From positions 1 to 64,000 of the forward strand of contig NIVC01003501.1 of the NCBI GenBank assembly GCA_002269645.1: a stretch of 64,000 nucleotides of DNA, read 5' to 3'. Below, one piece after another: positions 1 to 18,700 of the stretch (position 1 is the first letter of the stretch; each line of letters opens with the position of its first letter). A program made the translations under genes and the position numbers. The notes beneath the pieces are model-generated. The model was given only the letters and a program-made list of their open reading frames with translations, searched no databases and was not told the origin of the DNA. Source of the DNA: Macrostomum lignano (lineage: Eukaryota).

Positions 1-6838
<6,838 letters not shown>

Positions 6839-6846
6839 GATTCTGT

Positions 6847-6964
6847 CTCTAGCTGTACTGGAGCCTGACCTCGGTGGAGTGACTGAGTCTGCCGAGTGCT
6901 CACTCTAGCTGTACTGGATGGAGCCTGACCTCGGTGGAGTGACTGAGTCTGCCGAGTGCTCACT
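6847..6964. repeat. Two-copy direct duplication (56/60 bp) immediately 5' of the putative castor ATG
   Basis: CTCTAGCTGTACTGG(ATGG)AGCCTGACCTCGGTGGAGTGACTGAGTCTGCCGAGTGCTCA occurs twice in tandem. Confidence 0.93.
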
Positions 6965-7311
6965 TTATAGAACAAGCTTCTTATAATACTATCAACGCTA
7001 CGAAGTGTTGCAGCCCCAACCAACCAAAATTATTTTATTTCTACGGTAAAAAACGCAAGGCATTGTTGGACCCTCCTGACAGCTGATTGGCTGGTGCCAG
7101 GGACCTCCTCGGTCAGACTTGGACTTGGACTGGAAGCGACACAATACGCTCGTAAAATCGGAATCAAATAGCCATCGTATATAGGATTGGCCAAAAAATG
7201 GAGCACAATTAAAGTATAGATTTCTTATTAAAGGGGGACTTGCAGTTTTTAGCATTTAAAAACTTTTCAACTATTAACAAATTATTTATTAACCTGATTG
7301 ATCCCATCATG

Positions 7312-8130
7312 ATCATTGATCCTATCATTGATCCTATCATCGATCCTATCATTGATCCCATCATTGATCCCATCATTGATCCTATCATTGATCCTATCAT
7401 TGATCCCATCATTGATCCCATCATTGATCCCATCATTGATCCCATCATTGATCCCATCATTGATCCTATCATTGATCCCATCATTGATTCTATCATTAAT
7501 CCTATCATTGATCCTATCATTGATCCTATCATTGATCCTATCATTGATCCCATCATTGATCCTATCATTGATCCTATCATTGATCCCATCATTGATCCCA
7601 TCATTGATCCCATCATTGATCCCATCATTGATCCCATCATTGATCCTATCATTGATCCCATCATTGATTCTATCATTAATCCTATCATTGATCCTATCAT
7701 TGATCCTATCATTGATCCTATCATTGATCCCATCATTGATCCTATCATTGATCCTATCATTGATCCCATCATTGATCCCATCATTGATCCCATCATTGAT
7801 CCCATCATTGATCCCATCATTGATCCTATCATTGATCCCATCATTGATCCTATCATTGATCCCATCATTGATTCTATCATTAATCCTATCATTGATCCTA
7901 TCATTGATCCTATCATTGATCCTATCATTGATCCCATCATTGATCCCATCATTGATCCCATCATTGATCCCATCATTGATCCTATCATTGATCCCATCAT
8001 TGATCCCATCATTGATCCCATCATTGATCCCATCATTGATCCTATCATTGATCCTATCATTGATCCCATCATTGATCCCATCATTGATCCTATCATTGAT
8101 CCTATCATTGATCCCATCATTCATCCCATC
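7312..8130. repeat. Minisatellite, 12-bp unit ATTGATCC(C/T)ATC, about 68 copies, with a 180-bp higher-order block
   Basis: Direct reading; 7321-7500, 7501-7680 and 7681-7860 are near-identical. Confidence 0.97.
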
Positions 8131-9002
8131 ATCTACCCCCCTCTGCCCCATCCGCATCCCTTGCCCCACTGCCCCTCTTCCCCTGCCACCTCTGTCATGT
8201 TCCACGGTACCTGAGATTAAGAGCCGTTGCGGGTCCTCCAGTCCAGATATTCAAAGGTCCCTGATTCAGTTTATTAGTTGCTGCTGTCGCCTACGCTTAG
8301 CGCAACAGGCTTTGTCTTTGAAAAATTTTGCTTTCTTAATAAAATAAACGCGAGTGAATTTTGCCTCAGGCCTGTGCATTTTTAAAGGTTATTTTTCAGT
8401 GAAACAGGCTGCCAGCACACAGCTGAGAGGTATAAATAACACTGCCCACTCTATGGATGCTGCTCTTTCATGTTTTCCTTCCGTTGTTGTTTTTAGTGTT
8501 TTTCCTTCCAACACTATCAATTGTTTAGTTCAAGTTTAAAACCTCTGACCATCAGATGGCGAACGCTTAAAACACTCACATTTATCGGTCATACATTTCA
8601 TGAACCTCTAGGGGTCATTTAAGTCATAACAGATTAAGAGTAATACCAGATTAATGGTCATACTAGTCATGCTCCCAAGGATCATAGCTCGTACAAGGAC
8701 AACTTAAGTAGAAGGACGCAACACTCGAAATCTATGGTAAAAGTTTTGAAGGCCACTTTTCGCCGAAAAATACACTACGGAGATAGGGAATTTCACGATT
8801 TTCAACACTAAAACAGTGATTGGGTCTCTTAACAGTGTCAGAGAAAGTTCTAATCACACTATTTTGTGCCTCACATGCTGCTCTAACGACGCGTTAATTG
8901 ATTAATCGATTGAATGCAAAAAACGTTTAAAATAATGACAAGACCAATTGGATCATAGGTCATAACACTTGTAGAGGTCATATGGATCATAACCCGCCTA
9001 CG

Positions 9003-9392
9003 GGAGGGGGCCGTGTAGCCCAGTGGTCAAGCGCGGCGCTCTGGTGTGCCAGCGGCCCAGGCTCGATTCCAAGTGCAGTCAATATTAATTTGGAGCTAAA
9101 CTGGAATCTCGGCTTGGCTCTGCTCGTGCAATTAACGCCATTGAGAGCCAACCCCCCAAGGCACAGTGAAGTGTACATGCCTAACGATAAATAAAGCTAG
9201 GGCCGCTGTACACTCCTGTGTGTGTGTGCCTGTGCGTATGACTGCGTACGTATCCGCGCGCTTGTGTGCCTGCTCAGGGGAGTCGGCGGAATGGGCAGCA
9301 ATGCCTCTCGCCGGTTGTGTGACAATGTCGCTTAAAGTGCGCCGGGTATACACAGCCCCTTGACTCTAATAAAAAGTAATAAAAAAACAAAA
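9003..9392 (+). mobile_element. tRNA-derived SINE, family A, copy 1
   Basis: A-box TAGCCCAGTGG, B-box GGCTCGATTCC, A-rich tail; body recurs at about 29.7 kb and 61.8-62.1 kb. Confidence 0.88.
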
Positions 9393-9439
9393 GCCTGCAC
9401 ATGGATCATAACCTGCCTAAGTGTCTTGACTCTTATAGT

Positions 9440-9880
9440 CATAACCCAAGGGTCACATGGGTCATAACCCGCCTGAGAGTCACAAGAGTCATAACCCGCC
9501 CGAGAGTCTCATGGGTCATAACCCGCCCGAGAGTCACATTAGTCATAACCTGCTCGAGAGTCACCTTGGTCATAACCCGCCCGAGAGTCTCATGGTTCAT
9601 AACCCGACCGAGAGTCTCATGGGTCATAACCCGCCCGAGAGTCTCATGGGTCATAACCCGCCCGAGAGTCTCATGGGTCATAACCCGACCGAGAGTCTCA
9701 AAGGTCATAACCCGACCGAGAGTCTCATGGGTCATAACCCGCCCGAGTGTCACATGGGTCATAACCCGCCCGAGAGTCTCATGAGTCATAACCCGCCCGA
9801 GAGTCTCATGGGTCATAACCCGCCCGAGAGTCTCATGGGTCATAGCCCGCTTGAGAGTCACGTATGGATCATAACCCGCC
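9440..9880. repeat. Minisatellite, 27-bp unit CATGGGTCATAACCCGCCCGAGAGTCT
   Basis: Direct reading; degenerate units also sit on both sides of the SINE at 8950-9000 and 9398-9420. Confidence 0.95.
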
Positions 9881-11488
9881 AGCCACCAAAGCGAAATGTC
9901 TTTGTCTTGAAAATGGAAACTCTTACGCAATTAATGCGAGTCAAATACTTCTGGTTGAATTCAAAAACCTTTTACCAGCGTATATAACCGTATTTCATTT
10001 TCTAAGAAAATGTTACCACCAATGTTACCAAAATTTACCACCGCGGCAACGGCAAACCTCTGGAATTTGTGAATTCCAATTGAAAAATATTCCCCAGGGA
10101 TCCATTTGAAATCTGCACAGCTCTGGGACTGCAAAATATTAATGGGTAGTGGGGGGGGGTAAATTTTGGGCTGGAAGTGGCTGCTGACGCTGCAACTTCT
10201 TAGCCCTTCGTGTTTTTCAATAGAAACAGCAAGTAAAAAGCAAACTGTGTCAGCAAGAAGGCAGATACAATCCCTGCAAGGCGCGCCTCTTCTGGCGCCA
10301 ATCCCCCACCCTCTCTCAGACTCCATTCAGATTGGGGATGTGGGTAGGGTAGGGTGGGCGGCCTCTTCACCAGGAAGTTGGTGGCATTTCCTCCCCAGAT
10401 TTGTTATAAATTGTCTCCTTCGCGCGGGAGGTGAAACACCCCCGGCTCCGCGGCTGCGGACAAGAAACACGCGAAGGATAAAAGACGTTTCTAATAGTAA
10501 AAGAGACTTATGCGGATAGGGAAAATGCAGACAAATTTGCCCCAAAAAACAGCAGCAAGAATCTGTGGAAATGCAATCGCTCGATTGGGGTGACCCGCAG
10601 CTTTTTGGACCCATAAATCACCAGACACCCGGTGGCTGCACTTAAGAGTTGGGTGGGGGGGGGGCAACTCCCAGAGACCTGATGAATTGATGGCACTGGC
10701 GAACTGATCCGCGCGTCTGCTCTCTCTCTCTCCGGTATTCCGCGCGCGTATTGGGTAAAATCGAGCCGGAATTTCCAGGAAACAACTGCCGCCTCCTCCG
10801 CCTCGATCGGTAAGTGTCTCCGCGTGAGAGCAACTTCAGCTGAACAAAATCAAGTTTGCCGTAGCTTTGGTGCTGCTTTTTTGTGAAAGAATCGCAGCAG
10901 CCCATTAAAATCCAGGCGTATCTGCCCGTGGCCTTTCCAGCCCCCCCCCCCCCAATTCGATAGCCTGTTTTGCTTCGCGGCTGAAATATTCTGCAGAAGA
11001 ATCAAACATATAAGAAGTGAAATCTGCTTCAACTGGTGGCGTCATTTTTCTGCTTCCCGTCTTCCTCGAATCGTGACAAAAAAGTGTTGCACGGATTTGA
11101 TGCTTGGGGGAACTGCTGGGTTCATCCGGAACTCGATAAGGCCAAAGCGAGGCTGTGCGGTGCGACTGGCGAATGCATTATGATTATGACTCCTCCAACA
11201 GCAGACAAAGAGGAGGAAAGCATGAAGACCAAAAAACCATATCATTTCTGTCAAAAAATTAACTGCCTTCCCTCATTTGCATCGATTTGCTAAGTTAACT
11301 ACTGACAGTAATATGTGCGCATAATTCTGCACTTCACTACTACTGCGAGCGTAGCAATACAAGTACGAGCGCGTATATGGAAATGGAATTACATTTTTAA
11401 ATCACGTAATCTATCTAGTATTTATGTCTACAACCTTGTCTATATCTATATTTGTGTCCATATCTACAACTATATATCTATATCTATA

Positions 11489-12220
11489 TAGAGGAAAGAA
11501 GAGAAGAGAAGAGGAGAGGAAAGAAGAGAAGAGAAGAGGAGAGGAGAGGAGAGAAGAGGAGAGGAGAGGAGAGGAGAGGAGAGGAGAGGAGAGGAGAGGA
11601 GAGGAGAGGAGAGGAGAGGAGAGGAAAGGAGAGGAGAGGAGAGGAGAGGAGAGGAAAGGAGAGGAGAGGAGAGGAGAGGAGAGGAGAGGAGAGGAGAGGA
11701 GAGGAGAGGAGAGGAAAGGAGAGGAGAGGAGAGGAGAGGAGAGGAGAGGAGAGGAGAGGAGAGGAGAGGAGAGGAGAGAAGAGGAGAGGAGAGGAGAGGA
11801 GAGGAGAGGAGAGGAGAGGAGAGGAGAGGAGAGGAGAGGAGAGGAGAGGAGAGGAAAGGAGAGGAGAGGAGAGGAGAGGAGAGGAGAGGAGAGGAGAGGA
11901 GAGGAGAGGAGAGGAGAGGAGAGGAGAGGAGAGGAAAGGAGAGGAGAGGAGAGGAGAGAGAGGAGAGGAGAAGAGGAGAGGAGAGGAGAGGAAAGAAGAG
12001 AAGAGGAGAGGAGAGGAGAGGAGAGGAGAGGAGAGGAGAGAAAGAGGAGAGGAGAGGAGAGGAGAGAGAGGAGAGGAGAGGAGAGGAGAGGAGAGGAGAG
12101 GAGAGGAGAGAGAGGAGAGGAGAGGAGAGAGAGAGGAGAGGAGAGGAAAGGAGAGGAGAGGAGAGGAGAGGAGAGGAGAGAGAGAAGAGGAGAGGAGAGG
12201 AGAGGAGAGGAGAGAAGAGG
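11489..12220. repeat. (GAGAG)n pentanucleotide polypurine tract
   Basis: Direct reading. Confidence 0.98.
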
Positions 12221-12652
12221 ACCACCCGAGGGCCGGTTAGAGAGAGGCTTTGCGGGCCGCATTAAGCGGACAAGTGGCCCAGGATCAAGGCAAGCTGCGA
12301 CAGAGGGGCCCAGGTCTCACTCGCGAATTTACTCGCCGCTAACGCAAAAGTGCTCCATCGTGTGCAAACACGAACGAGTAGCGCTTCCTTGTTAGCATTT
12401 TCCACTTGCAGCTTCCCCGAAAGCTATTACTGCGATAGTGATGAGCTATTATTCAATACTTGAGGCGCACCCGTGCTATAAAAAACTCTTGCTTCTGCAT
12501 TTCAGTCCTGATAGCTCTCCGAGAATATTCCAGCAAGAAGCTTTATCGACATGTTATCGAGAACACAGTTCCATACGAGCGTACTCGTAAAATCGAAGTT
12601 GTTTACACTGTTTCTCAAACAGAAGGGCTGAGTTATTCGTCTGAGTGACTGT

Positions 12653-13605
12653 TCACGGGAGAGATGCAAAGAACTGGGAAATTTCTCGCTCTGTCATGGA
12701 GGCATTGGCGATGGCTACGGCCTTGACGGTGGCTTTGAGGAAGTCTCCAGGATACCGGCGACCAACTTGAATCACGTAGCAGGGCCTGGGCGACATTAGG
12801 TTCGAGTACTTCGTCACGACAAAGGAGCCATTGAAGTAGAGATTGCAGTTCCTTTCAGACCGGCTCACTCCAATGTCGATCCAACTTTCCGCATTCATCG
12901 AAGCACATTGGAAGTTACAAGTGCTTCAGGAACATTGTAGTACAGCAGTCCTGGATTGTCGAATTCCCACAAATGCGGACCCCATGTTGCCAGTCTGTCG
13001 CACTGGCCGGCCTCCATGAACGGCTGGACTCTCGGCTGCCTCTTCAGCCGCAGCAGCCAGGTGAAGGAGCCCCCGTTCACTACGTTTCCCACATCCTCGG
13101 TCGCCGCGTACGAAGACGCCCCGTCGAACTTGGCTCCGTCCTCAGTCCAGTCCACGTTCTCGCTGTGCAGCCGGTAGTTGCTGGGCTCGGCCTGGCACAC
13201 GAGGTTGTCGAACCGGCTGCCGCCTCCTGCCAGCCACGCAGCCACAAAGCGCGCACCGACCGACTCGGAGCAGCTCGACAGAGACGAGAAGCGGTACACG
13301 CTGCACCGGCTGTCGCTCGGAGACTCGGTCGCGTTGCGGGCCTGAATGTGCCGGCACACCGTCTGGTAGCGGAAGAGGCAGCACGCAGCGGTGCGCTCAT
13401 TCCACTGCGCAACCAGGTCTCCGGGACTGGCGCCCGCCTTCATCATGCAGGGCGCCACGCTGGGCGCCTTCCAGCAGCCTTGAGCGACGGTCTCGTTGAG
13501 GCAGCGGTCGCCGAGTTTGCACCACTTCGTCCTGCAGCCGGCGGAGACGGCTGTAACCACGAAGGTCAACAGAAGAATGACGCAGAGCCTTGAAGTCATC
13601 TTCAT
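12653..13605 (-). CDS. Intronless secreted protein, about 317 aa: signal peptide, Cys-rich N-domain, LamG/concanavalin-A-like C-domain; one -1 frameshift near 12897
   Basis: Signal peptide MKMTSRLCVILLLTFVVTAVSA. Motifs GAKFDGASSY..GGSFTWLLRLK..WIDIGVSRSERNCNLYFNG..IQVGRR..LKATVKAVAIANASMTEREI resemble the LamG-like jellyroll. ORFs 13605-12895 and 12898-12653 overlap at CTTCG/ATGAAT. Confidence 0.7.
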
Positions 13606-13873
13606 TTTTGTATTAAGTAGACTTTTACGTTGCTAATGGTGTGCTTATTTCTTGAGTGATAAAATTCTCCTTATTTAAACACGTAATGCGAGTGTATTTT
13701 TCCTGTTTTAGTCAGCATATGTACACTGCACAGGTATGAAAGCCATTGGTTGTTGGCTATCGGACTTAAACAAGTGTAATAAAAACATTGAAAAATGCTG
13801 TCATTGGATACGATCGCGAGTAGTTACTCATCAGTGATGGTTTTTCGATTCTACAATGTACGCAGCTGCCACA

Positions 13874-13971
13874 ACAGAATATACACAGAATGCCGATTCG
13901 AGCATTTTTTTTAAAAAATCGGTGCAAGAATTGAAATCACACCACGATTTGGCATTCTGTGTATATTCTGT
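13874..13971. repeat. Perfect 21-bp inverted repeat with 56-nt spacer
   Basis: ACAGAATATACACAGAATGCC (13874-13894) vs GGCATTCTGTGTATATTCTGT (13951-13971). Confidence 0.9.
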
Positions 13972-14129
13972 GGCTGTCACTTTGTGGCCGATTTCAGCTC
14001 CCTCAAAAGACGTCTCTCTATCAGGGATGCCAATACGGAATTCCGGGAGAGCCAAAAGAGTGCCAACTGGGAGGCCAAGTGCCTGCTGTTTCTGCCCTGG
14101 TCTGGTCTCTGGCGGCCAACTCGTGAGGC

Positions 14130-14520
14130 GGAGGAGGCTCTGGTGGCTGTCTACCTGCAGCGGCAACAGGCCGCTGTTGACAACGCCATTCAGGCCGTCA
14201 CCGCCGCTGGACCCGACGCCAAATGGTGCGGGGTCTGGTCCGTCATCAACGCTCTGACCGGGCGGAAACTGCGCATCCCGCTCAACCTGGCTTGGCGATA
14301 CTCCGGATGAACGCCATCGTCAACGCACCGCCGCCCCCGCTGCCAAACGATCTGAGGCTGCCGCCGGGGACGCCGTTGCCGGCAGAGGAGAGTTTTAATG
14401 TAGCCCCAGTCAGCACAGCCGACGCTGTGATGCTCGCCTTGAGGACACCGGGCGGCAAGCGCTAGGTCCGGACGAGTTGCCCATGGAGGCGCTGCGACTC
14501 CACTTTGTGGCTAGCTAGGT
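14130..14520 (+). mobile_element. Decayed non-LTR retrotransposon fragment (linker just before the RT domain)
   Basis: Frameshifted translation gives WSVINALTGRK..ESFNVAPVSTADAVMLAL..GK(A)GPDELPMEALR, resembling the K-A-x-G-P-D motif that precedes LINE RT domains. Confidence 0.55.
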
Positions 14521-14660
14521 CGCCAGGATTCTATGTTAATTTTTTATTCCAGCTGAGGCGGCTCCAGCGTGTTTGGCTACGCCGATCTCGCCCTGCTGTC
14601 CTCGACCTTCGAGGGCGCCCAGTGCCAGCTGGACCGGCTGGTGAGCGTTGCAGCGAGCGG

Positions 14661-14856
14661 TTGGTTGTAGGAACGCCCCGAAGACGTATCCAATTCATTC
14701 TTGATCCTCTTAGAAGCTCGTTTCTACAAAAACAGTGAATCTAATAGAAAGTCTTCTACTCATTATTTACATGTATTATTTATTCATTTTGTAGAAACGA
14801 GCTTCTTAGAGGATCAAAAATGAATTGGATACGTCTGCGGGGCGTTCCTAAAACCA
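14661..14856. mobile_element. Foldback/MITE-like element with about 71-bp inverted arms and 55-nt AT-rich core
   Basis: 14661-14731 vs 14787-14856 are reverse complements with about 4 mismatches; no TSD found. Confidence 0.7.
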
Positions 14857-15753
14857 AAAAATACCTATTGGAGACGTCTAACTTTCTATTGGATACCGTT
14901 AATCAGAAAGTCTGGAGAATGGGCAACTCAACAACACCTGGCGGCTAGCTTCCCATTGGCAATAGTAGCTGAAAGCCCAAAACTCAAAAGGGTAAAGCGC
15001 AGTCTAGTCTTGAGCTAGGAATATTTATTAATTAATTTAATAGCAGGCGGTGTTGACACAGGCTTTGGGGGGTCGTACATGTACAGGCTTTGGGGTGTGC
15101 ATGACTTGCAATGTACGTACATGTACGTTTTAACCCATCAGAATGGGGGAAAGGTGGCTTGAGGCAAAGTGGGCAGGTGCAATAGGCGATCATGAGTGTA
15201 AGAAATAGTAAAGACGGGCAATGATATAAAAACATTTTACTCTTCAAACCAGATACGTAATTTTGCTATTCGGGATATGTTTACATGTAGATCGAGAGTA
15301 AAATACAAATAATAGGAGTTAAATTGTAAATTATTTACTTTTTCATAGTTTAAGTACTAATTAGTCTTAGCTAGTCAATTTTATATATTTTGAAGAAGTA
15401 ATTTACTGCTTTATAAATATTTTAATCGAACATTGCAACTTTGCAAAGATTGTCTGAAATTTTGTTGCAAAAGCAAAACTCGTGATGCACACGTTTTGTG
15501 AATGTGTTTAAACAATTTTTATCTACTTATTTTTAACATAAATTTTATAACAACATATTAGGACGATAGTTTTATTTTTAAAAATATTTTTATGTTTCAA
15601 ATTATATACTTTCGTTTCTTGTCAAAGCATATTGATTGATCACCATATGAACCAAAATGCCTTAATACATATTAATTTAATTTACGAGATTACAGATTTT
15701 ATACATTGCTATTTTGTTTTTAGAAGGCAACAGAATAATAATATACAGAAACC

Positions 15754-18700
15754 ATGTTTGAAGACGAGGAGGAAGAAACTAACAGCGCTGAGGGAGAGGC
15801 AGAGAATGAGCAGCAAGCCGACGAGGAAGGCGAAGAAGCCGAAGAAAGAGAGGGAGAGGAGGAAGAAGAAGCAAAAGTCGAAGAAGAGGAAGAGGTAAGA
15901 TGCTATTTAGGATTTATTAAGTTAAAAAATGTTTTTTAGGTAAAAATGTTGCTTTTGATTTGGTCTTCTCGAAAAATTCCTCAGAGCCTGTTAATATATT
16001 TCCTTAATTCATAGTGAAAAGTATATTCCATAAATTGATGACTAAACCACTGAAGTTAGCTCGTCTTTAATCGATAATTATTAAAGAACAATAAGAAATA
16101 AATCAATATTCAAGAACTTTAAATGGTAGCATAAAGATATTCTCTGTTAAAAATCTGTGTCTTTGTATTTTTGATGACCTATTAATGACATAAGTTTAAC
16201 TCAAATAGTTCCTGTGCATTTAAAGGCCAGTTTTAATAATACATTACTCGTACCATTGCTCCAATAACCATTTGCACAATAACTTCTACTCTATATTTAA
16301 TTTGGTTTCTGGGATCGCAAAAAATCTAGCTACAATTATTGATGCCTAAGTAGTTTATGCTATTTTGCAAATAGAAGCAGCCTGGTTTGAAGTTTCTTGA
16401 ATTGTTAGACTGCTTATAAGAGTTAGAAAAGGTAAATTTAAACTAAACTTCTAGCTTTCTGTACAGTTAAGACGAAAATAGCTTAAAAGCTTTGTTTTGT
16501 AGGAAAAGCGTTTATTTAAAAAAAGCAAAAATTATATAGGGCCTATTAAAGTTGATATCTTAAAGCTATATTTATAATTTATCTGAATTTATTGTTTTTT
16601 TCTAATAACAAGACCGTATGTTAATGTAAAATATTTGACAAGTAAACAACTAAAATAATTTTGCCTCCCATTTGCAACAGGAATTCCCAGCAAACCCGCT
16701 TACAGAGGAGATGATGCCCGAATGTATTTCGCTGCTTTGCAAGATCGGCAGCGGACTGGCGCACGCCTACGTAAAGCTGGACTGCAAGGGGCGGTGAGTT
16801 GCGCCAGAGCCAGAGCAGAATCAGGGAGCTGCGGGGCCGCTGAAGAATGATGGCGGTGGAAAGGGGGGTGGTGAGCAGCAGCACTCCCTGAAGAGTCGGA
16901 GGGAGGCAGATGAGCAGCGGCACTCCCTGAAGAGTCGGGGGGAGGCAGGTGAGCAACTGAGGAGAGTCGGGGGGAGGCAGGTGAGCAACTGAGGAGAGTC
17001 CGGGGGAGGCAGGTGAGCAGCTGAGGAGAGTCGGGGGGAGGCAGGTGAGCAACTGAGGAGAGTCGGGGGAGGCAGGTGAGCAACTGAGGAGAGTCGGGGG
17101 GAGGCAGGTGAGCAACTGAGGAGAGTCCGGGGGAGGCAGGTGAGCAACTGAGGAGAGTCGGGGGGAGGCAGGTGTGCAACTGAGAGTCGGGGGGAGACAG
17201 GTGAGCAACTGACAGTCGGGGGAGGCAGGTGAGCAACTGAGGAGAGTCCGGGGGAGGCAGGTGAGCAACTGAGGAGAGTCGGGGGGAGGCAGGTGTGCAA
17301 CTGAGGAGAGTCGGGGGGAGGCAGGTGAGCAACTGAGAGTCGGGAGAGGCAGGTGAGCAACTGAGGAGAGTCCGGGGGAGGCAGGTGTGCAACTGAGAGT
17401 CGGAGGGAGACAGGTGAGCAACTGAGAGTCGGGGGAGGCAGGTGAGCAACTGAGGAGAGTCCGGGGGAGGCAGGTAAGCAACTGAGGAGAGTCCGGGGGA
17501 GGCAGGTGAGCAACTGAGGAGAGTCGGGGGGAGGCAGGTGAGCAACTGAGGAGAGTCCGGGGGAGGCAGGTGAGCAACTGAGGAGAGTCCGGGGGAGGCA
17601 GGTGAGCAACTGAGGAGAGTCCGGGGGAGGCAGGTGAGCAACTGAGGAGAGTCCGGGGGAGGCAGGTGAGCAACTGAGGAGAGTCGGGGGGAGGCAGGTG
17701 TGCAACTGAGAGTCGGGGGGAGACAGGTGAGCAACTGACAGTCGGGGGAGGCAGGTGAGCAACTGAGGAGAGTCCGGGGGAGGCAGGTGAGCAACTGAGG
17801 AGAGTCGGGGGGAGGCAGGTGTGCAACTGAGGAGAGTCGGGGGGAGGCAGGTGTGCAACTGAGAGTCGGAGGGAGACAGGTGAGCAACTGAGAGTCGGTG
17901 CCTCCCCCGGAGAGTCCGGGGGAGGCAGGTGAGCAACTGAGGAGAGTCCGGGGGAGGCAGGTGAGCAACTGAGGAGAGTCCGGGGGAGGCAGGTGAGCAA
18001 CTGAGGAGAGTCGGGGGGAGGCAGGTGTGCAACTGAGAGTCGGGGGGAGACAGGTGAGCAACTGAGAGTCGGGGGAGGCAGGTGAGCAACTGAGGAGAGT
18101 CCGGGGGAGGCAGGTGAGCAACTGAGGAGAGTCCGGGGGAGGCAGGTGAGCAACTGAGGAGAGTCGGGGGGAGGCAGGTGTGCAACTGAGAGTCGGGGGG
18201 AGACAGGTGAGCAACTGAGGAGAGTCCGGGGGTGGCAGGTGAGCAACTGAGGAGAGTCAGGGGGAGGCAGGTGAGCAACTGAGGAGAGTCGGAGGGAGGC
18301 AGGTGAGCAACTGAGGAGAGTCGGGGGGAGGCAGGTGTGCAACCGAGGAGAGTCGGGGGAGGCAGGTGAGCAACTGAGGAGAGTCGGGGGGAGGCAGGTG
18401 AGCAACTGAGGAGAGTCGGGGGGAGGCAGGTGAGCAACTGAGGAGAGTCGGGGGGAGGCAGGTGTGCAACTGAGAGTCGGGGGGAGACAGGTGAGCAACT
18501 GAGAGTCGGGGGAGGCAGGTGAGCAACTGAGGAGAGTCGGGGGGAGGCAGGTGAGCAACTGAGGAGAGTCCGGGGGAGGCAGGTGAGCAACTGAGGAGAG
18601 TCGGGGGAGGCAGGTGAGCAACTGAGGAGAGTCCGGGGGAGGCAGGTGAGCAACTGAGGAGAGTCGGGGGGAGGCAGGTGAGCAGCGGCACTCAGAGGTC

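Noticed and set aside
7209-8347. 300-aa ORFs of IDPI/MGSM/NDGI repeats on both strands
   Set aside because: 12-bp tandem unit open in multiple frames; no unique coding flank
9013-9070. tRNA genes at SINE heads (also 37516, 40165, 48378, 60240, 62090)
   Set aside because: A/B boxes present but no full cloverleaf, and they continue into shared SINE bodies
11411-12395. EERRG/LLSSP ORFs
   Set aside because: (GAGAG)n translation
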